Of a DNA stretch of 64,000 bases, positions 1-14,545 are shown piece by piece (the first letter of the stretch is position 1; each line of letters begins with the position of its first letter). The DNA is taken from contig JBHGNT010000001.1 in NCBI GenBank assembly GCA_043228905.1, forward strand, positions 10,540,001 through 10,604,000, in the 5' to 3' direction. The stretch comes from Azolla caroliniana. Its lineage: Eukaryota; Plantae; Polypodiophyta. The position numbers and the translations under genes were made by a program. The notes beneath the pieces are model-generated. The model was not told the origin of the DNA. It ran no database searches and was given only the letters and a program-made list of their open reading frames with translations.

Positions 1-3000
1 CCAGGTTCTTTGTGTAAGTATGTGGTAAGAGATGAGACCTAAACAGATTGTGATCTGTAGGATTAGGACGGGGCTGATCCTATCACATCTAGAGTGAGCT
101 AGAGAGAAAGATGTATATTTAGCCAACATCAGGTGTATATTAACTAAACATCTGCTAGATAGAAAGAAAGACATAATATCATCAAGTCTATTAGACAAAT
201 CCTTCATATATGAGACAACTGATGACCTGAAGGGACCAATGGAAAAAAATGTGTCAAAACTCATAGGATAAGTTGATGCTGCCCATGTGATTCTCTAAAT
301 TGGAGGTCAACCCTACCTATGCTGATATGTTCAAGTAAACTTTACATTGATCTTTTTCAACCAGATATTTCTATGTTCCCCAATAAAGAAGTTTGAAGAG
401 ATCTCTATTGTCCAATATGGAAGAGTTATTGTGTCTGGCACCCTCCCAAAGGCAAAAGGACCTAAGATCTAAGAGTTTGCTAGTATCGAAATAAGAGCTA
501 AAGGCTTGCTTTGTATGTTTCCTTATTTTATTTTCAAATTTTTCTATGCTTATGGAAATTTCAAAAACATTAGGTTGCCCACTTGACAACCTTGCTCGAG
601 ACGTCTAAGAAACATATGTCGGTCACAATAGTTGATGACCAAGGAGTTAACTTGACATCACTGCCCGATTTCGACTCAGATAGTGAGAGTGGATCCAAGG
701 AGCTTACATCCCTTACTAAATCATCAGAAGATTTTAGCGACATAAGAGATTCGGGCCAAAGTGAATCAGCTTCACATCATGATGTCATTGTGGCGATTGT
801 CAATCCACCCATTGAAGAGGAATTTGAACCTGAACCTATGTTCTTTGTGGAAGAATGTGCGATGTATCCGTTGTTGTTTTTTCAACATTTAAGTAATGTT
901 GATGACCCTTTCTCAATCTCATGCTGGGAGGCAATGAACAACCACACGGGTTCATATGCAGCGGATAGTGGGGATCTCTAGAGTCTATAAGGTAGCTATA
1001 GAGTAGAGTGCAAGTAAGACCATGATAATGGCAGCCATTATAAGCTTTTTATTTTAATATGTATCTACGTATGTGCTATAATATGAAAAGTACAAATGAC
1101 AATTCTAGCTACCATGAGTCTTCGTCTTGTGATGACGGCTGGTAACCTTGCATGCAATGAAAAATGGTAAATTTGTAAAGTGTGGATTCTAGGCTATATA
1201 TAGTTTTTGTCAACCAACAATCATGAGCATCACACTAAGGAAGTGCTTTTTGAGCTCTTGTTATTACCATGTAATTCAATCTTGTGATGTAGCATTACTT
1301 GGAGGTATATCCTGCATATGTATGCTGTTATTTGGTGTGTTCTATATATTTATATATATAAATATATAACTTACATAAAAATGTAATTACAATTTACGAT
1401 TTATTTTGCTCCAATAATGAGCTCTTGTACATTTTCTAGAGGTTTTTGAACGTGTTATTCCCATAATGTCTGAGTCAGTATTATTCGAGTCAATTATCCA
1501 GAAGGTGCTCTATGCTTAAACTATTATAAATTTATTAGCATGATGAAGTCTGCTAATTGTTGACTTTTTTGGGAATTTAATTCCTGCAAATCGGTGGAGA
1601 ATAAGAGATGATTCTTGCCATCTTGTTGTAACAACTATTCCCTAATTCTGTACAAGTATTTTCAACCTATTACACTTGCAAATCCACGTGGCCCACGTGC
1701 AAATCCATTTTTCATATTCTTTTCTTGATGCGCTGCATTGTGCTCATTCTTAGTGATCCTTTACAAGTTATTATGAACATCCAACACGACTCAATTAATT
1801 CGAGTCTATAGTGGTAAAGGTCAAATGAGCTCAACCAATCCTTGGATTATCGTATAATAACAATCCCTGTGATGCCCGTGATGATAACCTTGGCTTGCTC
1901 ATTTCGTTTGGTGTAGGGATGGCTTTAAAGCATAGGGACAAGTGATAGGCATGGCATGGTAGAAACTTTTGGCTTGAGTAGACAAAGAAAGAAAAGGTTT
2001 TTGCATCAAGAATATGTGTGAGGAAGTAATATGTAAACAAGAAATTATTGTTCTCGTTAAACAAATGAAAAGGTTGACAATTTAACATCTTGACTAGCCA
2101 TTTTCATGCAATTTTAGCCTGTATATAAAGAGAGAAGGATAGATTGTATAATGAAGTTAGGTGTTAATGGGGGGACCTAGAATGAGCCATGGGATCAAGT
2201 TAAACAATTGTTACAAGGTAATCTCCCTAGTCATGTAGCTAGGATTTCTGAACTGAAGAACAAAAATAAAAAAATAATGCTTGTTTCCTAATTCTAGTGT
2301 TTGGATCTTTCATGAGTTTGGCATGTGGTCACTGGTCAAGTACACGAGCAAAAAGCATTGTTAATGTGGTTGAGGATTCTGCTCTTGTTAGTTCCTGAAA
2401 ACTTGTTAGGAACTCATAAAAACTATTTCCAATGTCCTAATATGTGGGTCATTCCATGATGACATGTTCTTTTGTTTCTCATATCCTAGCCATATATTCT
2501 CTTTTTCTATTCAAAGCGTAAAGCCAATGCCCAGTTTTTATTTTCAATGTGTTGTGTGGACTTCAATGTGATGGCACATCTTGCTTGACTCAGCATGGGG
2601 TTTCTGATTGCAAGCTAGTTGGCATTTCCTCAGTAATGTTTTCAATATTGAGTATCAATGCAATTTGCAACATTACACAAACTTAGTGCTACGTTGGTTT
2701 GTTCTCTATGTTCTTTGAAACGCCTCCAATATGGCTTAATAAAACATACACAAGCTTATGTTCTCATGCCCTTTTCTTTTCCTCAATGTGCACATCCAAA
2801 TATTGTTCAACATGTCAGCTCGTGAATGAATTCCAAATGTTGTTTTAACGTTTTTAAGGACGAGCATTCCTTAATTTACTTCTATGACCTTACAATAATG
2901 AGGATTAAAAACAGATTGCTAGATCACACCATCTTTATGTTCTTATTTGCCTCTCTATAGCTGTCTTTACTAATGAGGAAATTATTGCAAGTTTCAACCA

Positions 3001-3731
3001 GGAAGGTAGCCAATCACATCTATGAATTTTATTTTCATTTATCTGCTAGGCTTACTGTCCATGTTTCTCTTTTATGAATGTTTTTCCCGTTTCCATAGAT
3101 TCAAGGAATTATATTTCCATATACCAATGCAACCAGCTATTCTACTTTACATAATTTTTGAAGCACATACTCGCAAATGTCTAATTTATGGTATTTTGCC
3201 CTTCCCTTTTACATCTACAAGATATTCGCGTCAATTTACTAAGAGTTGCTACTCTGCTATTCTCACAAGCTTCAAATGTATAAAGCTTACTCTCTGAATG
3301 AACATCCTTAAACACATGCATCAGGAAAGCATCACTAGGTGCACTCTCAAAAGCCTCCATTTTTGTTCTTCCTTACTGTCAAGTGAACAAATAGGTTAGA
3401 TCAAGTTCTATAACTATTATTACAAGTAATGATTGAGGAGAAAAGGTCAGGAAAGGCAAGAATTGTACCACTTATGACACCCATGTGAATCTCTATTTAA
3501 GGTGAAATTTGATCTGTTATCCTCTTCTTTACAACTTTGGAGATATCTTATAATATACACATGGTCTATTGCTACAAAATTTCACCCGTAAACTCTTTCA
3601 TCCTTGTGTTTTACAAGGAAAGACACCATCCTGTTGAACATAACGATATGATCTCGCACATTCTTTTAGGGTATTTGTGTAGAAATAGTCTTTGATTTCT
3701 TCAACATTACAATTGACCTTAAAAACGGTAG

Positions 3732-6634
3732 CTATTCAGCCTCAGAAACTTGCACTTCAGCTTTGAACCAAGTTGCATCCTTGTGCATGAACTCACAATC
3801 TTTCACAATTTCATCCACATCTTTTCCGAAACAGTCCAAACACATTGCAACCCTTTCCTTCACATCCTTCCTCACACTATGAACTCCAGTATATCTTAAA
3901 ACATAGGTACTTCTCACTGCATTCCAAATCGATAACGATATCCACACTCGAAAAGACGATGGGGGAGTATCCAAAGCAACAAGCAATATGCTCACTCTTT
4001 TCCTGCTAATTGTTCTTACTTGAGCTAACCAGATAAAAACACATCCAGCCATGATAAATCTCTCAGTGAACACTGGCCCACTCGAATCTTGCAAGCATTT
4101 CCATTCTTTGATAGAAATGCTAAAAAGAATCATGCCATGGCATACTGGGGAGGTTACTGAAATGAACTTTACAGGCATCGCATGTCGGCCACGTCTCCGA
4201 AACCTGTTATTGTTACTCATATTGGTCATTTCCATTGCTTCTTTCTCTTCATCAGTAGATGCATGATATAATAGAGCCTCAAGAAGCAAGCCATGTAATG
4301 CATTGCATTCCATTTTACCAAGAAGGGCCTTGATTCGGAACATTTCAATCATTGGCCACCTAATAAGAGGGCCAAACCGATCCCATGCTTCCTTCTCATC
4401 TTGTGTTCCCTTGCAATTTGCTCTTATCCATGTTCTCACAGCATAATAGACAGAATCCTCATATACCACTTGGAGATCATCAGTGGTCAGAAGTGTTTCC
4501 AACACATTTGAAGACAATTTTGCGAGATCTTCTGAATTCTCCCATCGGCTCGAAATCTCTCCATTCATCACCAGAGAGACTCGGAAATGATTGGCTAGAA
4601 AAGCAATGCTTTTTGCCACGAGAGCTTTGAATTCTTCTGTTTGGTTAACTACTGCTGCTGAATCAAGAAAGTAACAACTACTTTCCAGAGAAAGAGGTAA
4701 CAATATCATCCTTTGAAGGCAAAGAGTTCCACAAGATTCTACAAGGAAACGCTGTGATAGGTCCCATACGTGCAAAAGCTCTTCCACCGTATGTGCCTCT
4801 AGTTTATTCGTATACATATACTTGATGAGGTCCACAAAGGATTCTTTTTCTGTGCACAAAAAGCAAAAGAAGCCATTGTTGTGTGAGGAAGAAGATAGTA
4901 AAGGTATATGAAGGCCAAGAATGCCATAAAAGCAAATGAAACAATAGAATGTCAAGCACAATGCAGAAAACTGCAGGAAATTTGTATGTAATCCCCAATC
5001 TCACACATCAGAATGTGTCATATTTCATACTTATTTCATAAAATCCATGATGTACTCCAAAGCTTATTTCATAAAATCCATTGGCAGGATATGAAAGCCC
5101 ATTAAATCCATTAACACATCACAATGTGTCTATGGCTTACAAACAATGCCACTACTGAAAACTGCAATGTAGATGCATGAATCCCAATCTAACACATAAA
5201 AATAACCAGAAGAAAGACATCTATGGTTTATATCAAGCTCCATTTAGAAAACTACAAGAAATCTCTAATCTAATACATCCAAAGGGTCACATCTATGGCT
5301 TAAAAACAAGCTCAAAGTGAAAGCCCCAATCGTACACATCAGAATGGACGGATTGACTACCCAGATGGTTTGCAATCAAGCTCAACACAGAAAACCAAGC
5401 ATGAAATTCCCAATTTAGCGCATCCAATTTGTCAGATTTAATACGAATATTTCTCAATGCATAAAACTATGCATGAAGGTCCTAATCTAACATCAGAATG
5501 ATCAGATTGAAGGCATTTTGTTTAATCAGGTAACCTTCATCCAAAATCTAGAAAATATTGCTCCTACCTTCTGGACTGAGAGCAATCTCGATAACCTTCT
5601 CTGAGCATTCTTTGAAACAATCTCCATCGAAAATCCTTCGAAAATATAATGATTCTTTGCCCAGAATTATCCTATTGACATGAATCTCCTCCCTTTCCTC
5701 TTGTGCTGCAAAAAATACTAGAACACGGATGAATACTACCACAATAACATCTCTTTACAAGTAAAGACATAGAATTTTTTTAAAGAAAAAATGATATGCC
5801 AAATATTTCAAAGAGATCGTATGAAAGGCTACAGATATAACGAAAAATTACAGGAAATGGGATGAAATCCTACACAGACAACAAAAGTTTGCAAGGAATG
5901 GTGCAAAATAATATAGATATAACAAAGTTCATAGTTGAGATCCTACATAGGAAATGAAGGATCTTTTCATTGAAAGAGGATGAATAAATGAACGAAACAA
6001 GACAGAAAGATAAAGTAAAGAAAATATATGAAATCCTACAGATTTGGCCACCTTTTACAAGAAAACGGATAAATTTTTTTAAAAAAAACTATTGAAAGGA
6101 ACGGGATTAAAGAACAAAAGAAGAAACGAAAGAGAAAGAAAGGGCTTACATGAAATTCCATAGTATAACAAATCGTTACAGGAAAATGTACTTGAGCCAA
6201 GGACCTTATAAAAGATTACGAAGATAAGAAAGAAAGAGAAAATGATGAAATCCGACAGAAATAACACGACAAGGATGAATTTCCTACAGATTTAACAAAT
6301 CTTTACAAGACCTGACAATAAAATAAATAACCTAACGGATGAGAATGAATCACAGGGAATAAACGGAGAGAAAGGAAAGAGAAGAGAGGAGGAAGGATCT
6401 ACCTGACAGAGATTTATCGCAGGAGTTACATCTTCTTCGTTTGAGAGCTCGTTCGAGGCTTTGAGGTTTGAGGTCTTCCTCTTCTTCCTCCTCCCCCTCC
6501 TCCTCCTCCTCTTCTTCTTCTTCTTCCTCTTCATCTTCTGAGTTTTTTTCTTCTTCTTCTTCTTCTTGAATGACGAACCTGATCTTGCGGTCTGCGTACT
6601 TGGGATTGTTGAAAGCAAACTCATAATTGCTCAT
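3732..6634 (-). CDS. BTB/POZ-BACK domain protein, POB1/LRB-like (putative CUL3 substrate adaptor), 3 exons
   Basis: Exons 6634-6403, 5705-5568, 4849-3732 with GT-AG junctions and consistent phase 1. N-terminus MSNYEFAFNNPKYADRKIRF resembles the FAFN..FSDR start of POB1/LRB proteins. BTB core IHVNRIILGKESLYFRRIF...EEKESFVDLIKYMY, BACK-like LLTTDDLQVVYEDSVY, then RFRRR...PVKFI. Confidence 0.85.
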
Positions 6635-6731
6635 CTCTGTTCGACTCTGACAGACAGACTTGACTGTGGATGCTTTTCTTCCTCAGGGTCTGATCTTCCT
6701 CTCTGAATTCCTCCTCTCTTTGCTGAGAATC

Positions 6732-6765
<34 letters not shown>

Positions 6766-6851
6766 TGATGGTATGATGGTATGATGATGGTATGATGGAT
6801 GATGGTAGGATGATGGTATGATGATGGTATGCTGATGAATGATGGATGATG
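6732..6851. repeat. (TGA)n / ATGATGGT low-complexity repeat upstream of the BTB gene start
   Basis: Visible tgatgatgat run followed by imperfect atgatggt units. Confidence 0.85.
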
Positions 6852-8671
6852 GCGCCCGCCCAACGACAATGGACGGATTGGCCCAACAACAAATAATTTG
6901 GTCGGCCGCCCGCCCGTGACATCTCTCGAGACTTCCGGAACCCTAAACCTTCTCTCCCCCAACACCACCTTATTACAAATTTACATACATAATAGAAATC
7001 CTCCAATTTCCTGAATAAACCCGAACACCGTGACTTCATACCTGGGCATGATTAGAGTGACACTTTTGCCAACCTTAGGCGCGACCCACTCATCTAAGGG
7101 TTTAAAGTGTGATCCATCTTACTAACACTTGACGCTAGGAAATGAACTCCCAAATCGACCTTTTGATGTATTGGAAACACTTGCACCTATCAACAGACTC
7201 TGAGGAGTACCACATGAGATGCATTGTCCACTTGAATGATTTGATTGAGGGTAGGCCAAGCAACGTGATTGGCCAAATTCCAACATAAGACCTGAATGCA
7301 CTACTAGTTGGTGAAAATGAAGGAAAGTATTCTCGTTCCCATGCTTATTAAAGAAATGGCCAAGGCAAAGACACCAACACCAAAGAAGAAAATGTACGAG
7401 TAATTGGTTCACGACACTCACTCGCAAGCCAACAAAGTAAACTCCCAACGTTAGAATAGTTTCAAAACAAGCCCTAACATTGAAAGAAAACAACATATTT
7501 CTTGCAATAGAATCTAGCCCAAAAATAATTGTGTATACTTGGTGTCAGAATGTTCGTTCAAAGAGAGCATCCACCTAGAGTGAGAGCATTGCATTCGTAC
7601 AAAGTACACACTACACCTATATATTTCAAGTTCAATGGAAGGACACCCATAGTGAGAGGAGGGAGTCAAATGACAACAACTTGAAGTGGAGAGGACAATA
7701 CATTATCTAGAAACTTTATTTAGAACAAAACATTATCTACCCAAAAGAACACATCAACTTGGAGCCAAAAGGATGTGGCTTAGGGCCCAATTCAATTACC
7801 CCAACGATCTATGTGAGTAATTCAATTTCCTGTTAGATATAGGCAAAGTCTACAACTTAATATATATTGTGGAACCCCAGATCAAGGTTGGAAAGAGACA
7901 TTGTCAACAAGAGACGATGATTAGTCAACGTATATGCTCGATTAGCAATCACGACTTCAAATCTCATTCCCTCACATACATAGAGAAAAATAGATTTCTT
8001 GGAGCTTGGGTAGCCTCCATTAGAAATTCACTTTTTGCAAGACCATAGACTATATTGCAAAACATCAATCCTCCTTGTTTTTCATATTTATGAATCAACC
8101 ATTCATTATGTGCCAACTAATCCCTTTAATTTTATTACTAATGACCACCCTTCTTAGTATATCTCCTACACTTAAAGATTTATATACATGATCCTATATC
8201 AAGTTATGTGGTCACCCACATAACCTATTTGAATGCGTCGAGAACATAAAACAATATTGTTGGGGATCTAGCTTCATTCTCTAGCCTTAATTATGACCGA
8301 CTCTAGATCATTTGATTGGACAAAGCTTTCAATATTCCCATGCAGCTACAAATAAGTCACCCTTGTTTTTTAGCTTCAATGTGTTGTGCTTGAGGTTGTT
8401 GTTCAATGCTCATCCTACGTGAACTAGGATTCAAATTGTTCATGGGACTCACTTCTATAAATCGCAACATATATATACATGCATGCATACATACATACAC
8501 ACATACTACAATATCAGTACAATGGACAATTTTGGTATTTAGAAATTCGTTGTGCCATAGGATTGTGTAATATATTGTGATAGAATGCTCATTGAAGAGT
8601 CATTTAAACATTTAAGAGAATATAAAGGATAAATCATGTGATGAAGGAAGGATCTCTCCTCCATCACCTAC

Positions 8672-8702
<31 letters not shown>

Positions 8703-11700
8703 CATATTGTACACCCCAAAAGGGAAGCCGATTAAGGGAAGTTTAATTATGAAGTGCTTTGCAGGCTAATTGCTACAAACACCCTCCTCCCATACTCTAA
8801 TTAAGTGCCAACTTAATTAAATTTCTAATGGTCACGATCGTCGATGATTTTTAAAGTAGACTACTAAAGAATTACTCAACTACTCCTTACTAGCCTCTTT
8901 TATTGTACCTGACTTCCTAAATATGCCTCCTTTGAGTTTACTACCCACCGATAAATCCAAATCCCCCAAGATAGGGCATTCAACTTAGTTGAGTCGACCA
9001 ACTTTTGCCCAATAACTTGACAAATGTTGCTTGATAATTGGCCTAAATAGACCTTTGTGACAAGCTCCATTACACCCTACAAGAACATAGTTTGGGGATA
9101 CTATATTATGAATTGAACTAATGATGAGTAAAAGAATAAGAAATTAAGTAGAAGAAAATATTAAGAGTGTTTAACTCCACGGGTCAACCCTAAGTGAAGG
9201 ATATGAGACAAACGTAAAATAACATTGGTGTTACATACCACCCAATATTACCTCATGTTGTACCTTGGTTGTTGAATAATACATTCAAAAAAAAGAGCTT
9301 AGCCTCACAAATAGAGTATTGACAACGTTTCAAGATGTTGTAATGAATGGGGTAGCTAGTCTCCTTTGTATAGTCCAACACCTAAGGCTATCGGACCACC
9401 ACTTGTTCCATGTATCATAGATCCTTATGGGTTGTCCCAGTTCATAGGATAATTGCTTTTCCAACTATCCTCCCCTTAACCCTTAAGGTTAGCTATAAAT
9501 TTGGTCTCAAAGGTTAACCTCGTATTAAGAGTTATGGGAAGAATAACACATCCATCATTGTCATGATTTTCATCATTATTAACAACAATAAAATAGTGAA
9601 CCCCATGTCAAAAAACTCATGGACATCCCACAACCTCCTAGACCCTTTTATAAGCTAGTCAAAGAGGCCTACCTAGAAAAGTGAAGATGTCAAAGAATTC
9701 CATTCAATGTAGAGACCCTAACCTTACTATCCCACCCCAAACTAACTTGGAAGTTGTCTCGCCCACAATCAATCTACATGCCACTTTCCAAGTTGCCATT
9801 GTGTTAGCCAAAATCTTGAAACTAATTGAACTTGCTTGTGATCGCAACATATAGTTCCTCTAAGGAGGTCAAGATTGCTAATGTGACCTCTAGCATTATC
9901 TAAAAGCAGCTAGTGCATGGATGGTCTCTTTGGGATGCATGATGGGGATGACTTTCACTCAATGTAGTGCACTCCAAGAAGAAGTAGATAATTTAAAAGA
10001 TATTTTGTATAACTCCATGTGGTACAACAATATTAACTAGAGGACAAGTTCAATACATAAAGTACAAATTGAAAATACGAGTTGAAATGGTGCAGTGTGG
10101 AGGGATATTTATCTATCTAGCACGAGGCATGTGTCACAATGTTGGTTTTCAAAATGGGTTGCAATAACATCGATGAATTGTGTAACTAGAAACCTAGAAA
10201 TATAAAGGACCAAGAATAATAGGACAAACAGCCTCAATAACTCAGAATAAATTTATATATCTTTGAAAGGTAGTGAATGATGGGATAAGCAAACACAAAT
10301 GAAGTATGATTAGACAGAGTGATGGAAGCATGATCTCACTCCATCTCCACCTCTATAAATGCAAGGGTAATCACCTAGATGCTATTTTCAGGAAACAGAT
10401 GCATTTTAAAAGGTTATGGGATTTGATGCTTATTTTTAGGGATGATGGATGTAACTTTGTAAGATAAGATGGATGTATACAGTTCCCATCATTTTGGAAA
10501 ACAATGTGTGCTAACTTCGTTGTTGGTTTTTCCTGATTTTGAGTTACTGTAATCTGCATATCGCGCTCATGGGATTCGGATGTTATGTCTGTTTCTCCAA
10601 CTTCTGTACCTATTCCTTGTGATCTTATAATACCAAGGCGTATGTTTCATGGAAAAAAGTGGGGCAATCACTTAGATATTAAAGAGAGTAATCGTTGTAA
10701 TATACTAAGGACTCCTAATTTCATTAGGTGGGCGATGTGGTGGTGCATGTTAAAGTAATCTATGGCTGCCATTCATACAAACTCCTTGATCAAGCATCCT
10801 GTGCATAAACCTTTCCTCTCCCTCTACTTTTTTGTGTTGTAATTGTTAACCTCGTGCTTTGGAGTTCTACTTATTAAGTACTTACGTCTAGTAGGACAAT
10901 TTAATTAAGCAAATGCAAAGTATGTATCTAAGTCTAATTTGCATTGAAGCAATAGAGAAAGTTTGTCTTTTGTTGCCCTATGTGATGCTTGAAAATGCAA
11001 GAAGGACAATTTTGGCAACCTGATACCCTACCATAGGCTAGTTTCATTAGAAAGTGGGACGAACAATTCTAACAAATGACCCTTCAACCATCTTACTCTC
11101 TAACCACAATGTGCAGTTAGAGTACATAACCGCCTAGACAATATAAATGTATACCACAACCAACACTTTGTGACCACGATGGACCATTCCTCCAACCATA
11201 AAGGACAAAGGAAGTGAATGGTGTGCAAAGGTGGGAACTCTACCTCTAACACTCCCATCTAATGCCACATGCTTCCCTCCATGTAACATGTTGGAGCCCA
11301 CAACCTAGACAACTTTTACATCTCTTATTTAATATTTGAGGACTGGCACGACCTAGCTAGCTTTCAACAATTTTTCCCTTTGAATTAGAACAATTTCTTA
11401 TGAAAAGTGTAGCAAAATGACGGATAGCTCCACAAACAAGGAAACCACCTATAATCTGTTAACCAAGAGCTCAAGACAAACTACAAGTAGAACCTATACT
11501 TGATCTAGAGGTGGTTCACCCCATGTGTCGTACACAACATGACAATTTGTGCCAATTCAGACACCCTAAAAAAACAAGAGGCCAAAGTCATCCATTCCCT
11601 CACTGCGAAAGAAGTAGGTCATATCAAGGAGGGAATTGAGTGTGGGTATGTTACTCTTGTCAATATACTCCTTTATTAGGTTTATGTGTTACGCAACACC

Positions 11701-12164
11701 TTGGGGCCCATATGCACCAAGATCAAAGAAGCTAATATTGAACCCATGGAAGTTGAACATGTGGGACTTGGTGAAGAAATCTAATCCATCACACCTTACA
11801 TCTAACACACAAATTTCGCCAAATGTTTTTGTTTCCTTTTTGAAAATTATGTCCATGTAAACATGTCATGTGTTATTTGTTGGTAGGGGACATAATTTTA
11901 GTAAAATATGAGAAGAAACCCGAAATGCAATGTAGTATAAATATAGGCTATATGCAGAAGAGCATTTTGGGAGTTAGGAAATTATCTTTCATGATTTCCA
12001 TATTAGGGTGGAGGCTCCAAAAGGAGAATTACATGGTTATTATTGTGGGATCAACTAGTATAAGACCATTCATGGGTTACTTAATAGGTGGAATTAATTA
12101 GAAAACAAAAAATACTTCAAGAAGGGCAAACCATTGATGTAGCCCATTTTGCATAAAAATAAGC

Positions 12165-12166
<2 letters not shown>

Positions 12167-12224
<58 letters not shown>
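12167..12224. repeat. (TG)n microsatellite
   Basis: Perfect dinucleotide run of about 58 bp. Confidence 0.95.
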
Positions 12225-12225
<1 letters not shown>

Positions 12226-14545
12226 ACGCTTATGTGCTTCCTTTTGTGTCATTTTCTCCATTTCTTATTCAATACCTAATTGTTATAGCCAAGTGAATGA
12301 ATCCCGATTGCAACATGTTTCCTAATTGAGGTCTACCTTTATGTGGACGACCCAAGTAAGAAACATAAGACCTATCATTATCCTAGAGGGAGGCCCAACT
12401 TCGAACTCCCTATGCAAAGATACAAAGTACAAGTGATTAACGGTGGTCGAAGAACAGAGAACGGAGTCCTCAAGTTGGCAACTTCCTCTACGTAAAATCC
12501 ATGACAATATCACCAATGTCATCCTCGCCTCCGCCTCATCAAATTATTCTTGATTTGTCTAAGTTTGAACTATCTTCCTAAGCTCAAATATTGGTGGATT
12601 AGATGAGTAATTTAATCAAAAAATATTTGTGGCATCTTTAAGTTTTCATCTTGTCCTTAATATAACAAATTGGCCAAAGCAATTAGTTAATGTTGGTTTG
12701 TGTTTGATGTGATTAGGAAAGGGGTCACATGAAGAAAGGGAAAACTTGAAGTAAGACATAAGCAAGTGTGAATTCATATACGCAAACAATGAATGATTAC
12801 ATACGACCATTATTGGTGATTATTTTTCGCTTTGCCAATGGCAATGTTTTGAATTATCGCATTGAAAAGGTATACATTAGAAAGAAAAGTTAACTAAAAG
12901 ATGAGCACAACGTTGATCAAACACATTATATTAGAGGTTATGAATATTATTAACATTGTTGATCACAATCCATTATTTTGAGATATGATATGAGTATTTG
13001 TAGCATTGCAAATCAGAATGTTTTGAACTATTGCAATGCCAAAAGCAAAGTTGTAAAGTTAATGCATGGTGACTTTTTACAATGAATGCAACATCCAATA
13101 CATTAGTTTGAGACTTTAACTCCAATCCTTAGATTCGCAAAGCGCAATAGTCAATTATTTCGTCACATCAAATTGATTGAGGAACGTTGCAAATGCTTAT
13201 ACTGGAATGTAGTATGTGAAATACATAGATCAAGATATATTAATCGTGCAAGTTGATATAGGAAATGCCTTTCACACCATAGAATGAGATTTTATAGTCA
13301 ACAACATTGAGATTGGGATTTTGACAAAGAATGTCAAAGATCATATATAGGTTATGCAAAGAAAGTTCAACATCATGTATTCTTGGTGGTTATTTGATTG
13401 ATTCTTTGCAAGGCAAGGTTGTCCACTAAAATGCTCACTTATAGGCCATGGCGATACATCATCTTCTTCTACACATTGACAATTTGGTTCAAGTTGGCAT
13501 TTTGAGGGTTGCAAATGTCCACATATGAGTATTTATATATACAAGCCAATGTCGATGATATTCTTCAAGTTGTGTAATGATCCACACAATGTGCACATGA
13601 TTATGGATGCTTTACAATGATACAACAATGAGATTTAGAAAATCTACCACGATGTGTATGATTGGCACCAATAGCTATTGCCAAGAGAAATCATTTATCC
13701 ATATCCTCTGGTTAGGCATTTGAGCTATCGATTAGGATAGGCCATGCATATAAACAAAAGGGGGAATGATTGTTGTGTATAGAAAGATGAAAGTTAAGCT
13801 ATTGAAAATTTGCAACATGACCATTACATGTAAGATCATGAATGATAGAATAAATTCCGATAACACAAATGCTATTTTGAATGCACTCAAATTGAAAATT
13901 CACATGTTATTAAAGAAAGCATGGGTAAAGCAAATCCAACAATGGAAGAAGATATTGTTTGCAAATGTGTAAATAAATATAAATTGGATCCTTGACCACC
14001 ACAAATTGGGATATAGCATTCGGCAAGTATGATGACACAATAATACAATGCCCATCCTCTACAAAGCTAATTTGAAACTAGAAGAAAGTCACTCGAACTT
14101 GGATGAAAGTCACTTCAAATTAGAATAGAATGGGATCAAGTCCTGCTAGCTCGATACAAATGCTTTTCATTGGAGTCATTTTTGACATAGAAGATGCAAA
14201 TGGAAAGTATTCATTGGAGTCATTTTTTTCATTCTATGTCAGTGGATCTAGAACTTACATGGGGTCTTATTTGATCTATATAAAGGGTTTTTATCAATTC
14301 AAGGATATACTGGGGCAAATGATGGCAAAAATGATTGGACAATTTTTCCAGTAGAGACACAAAACAGGTTTCACGATTAAAATCTATTTGTTAGCTCTAG
14401 ACCTTTACCTATATGTATGTACATATATGGATCAAATAAGAATGTGTGTTTTTTTGGATTTGTGGGAAATAACAAAAATTCAGGGACATGTAAGGAAGTA
14501 AAGAACAAAAAAAAACAAAGGGCATGCCCTGCTCTAGATTAAGCT

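Noticed and set aside
583-981. 132-aa acidic ORF
   Set aside because: Starts at TTG with no recognisable domain or splice context. Probably retroelement-derived but cannot be assigned.
1686-1699. Paired G-boxes (CACGTG twice)
   Set aside because: No adjacent gene start in the window; short motifs are expected by chance.
6292-7039. Poly-Lys/Arg, poly-His and poly-Ser ORFs overlapping the BTB 5' region
   Set aside because: They are alternative-frame translations of (GAA)n and (CAT)n microsatellites. Only the Glu-rich frame joins the BTB exons.
7050-14400. Long gene-free interval probably made of decayed transposons
   Set aside because: I could not identify diagnostic motifs, LTR pairs or TSDs by eye, so no element is called.
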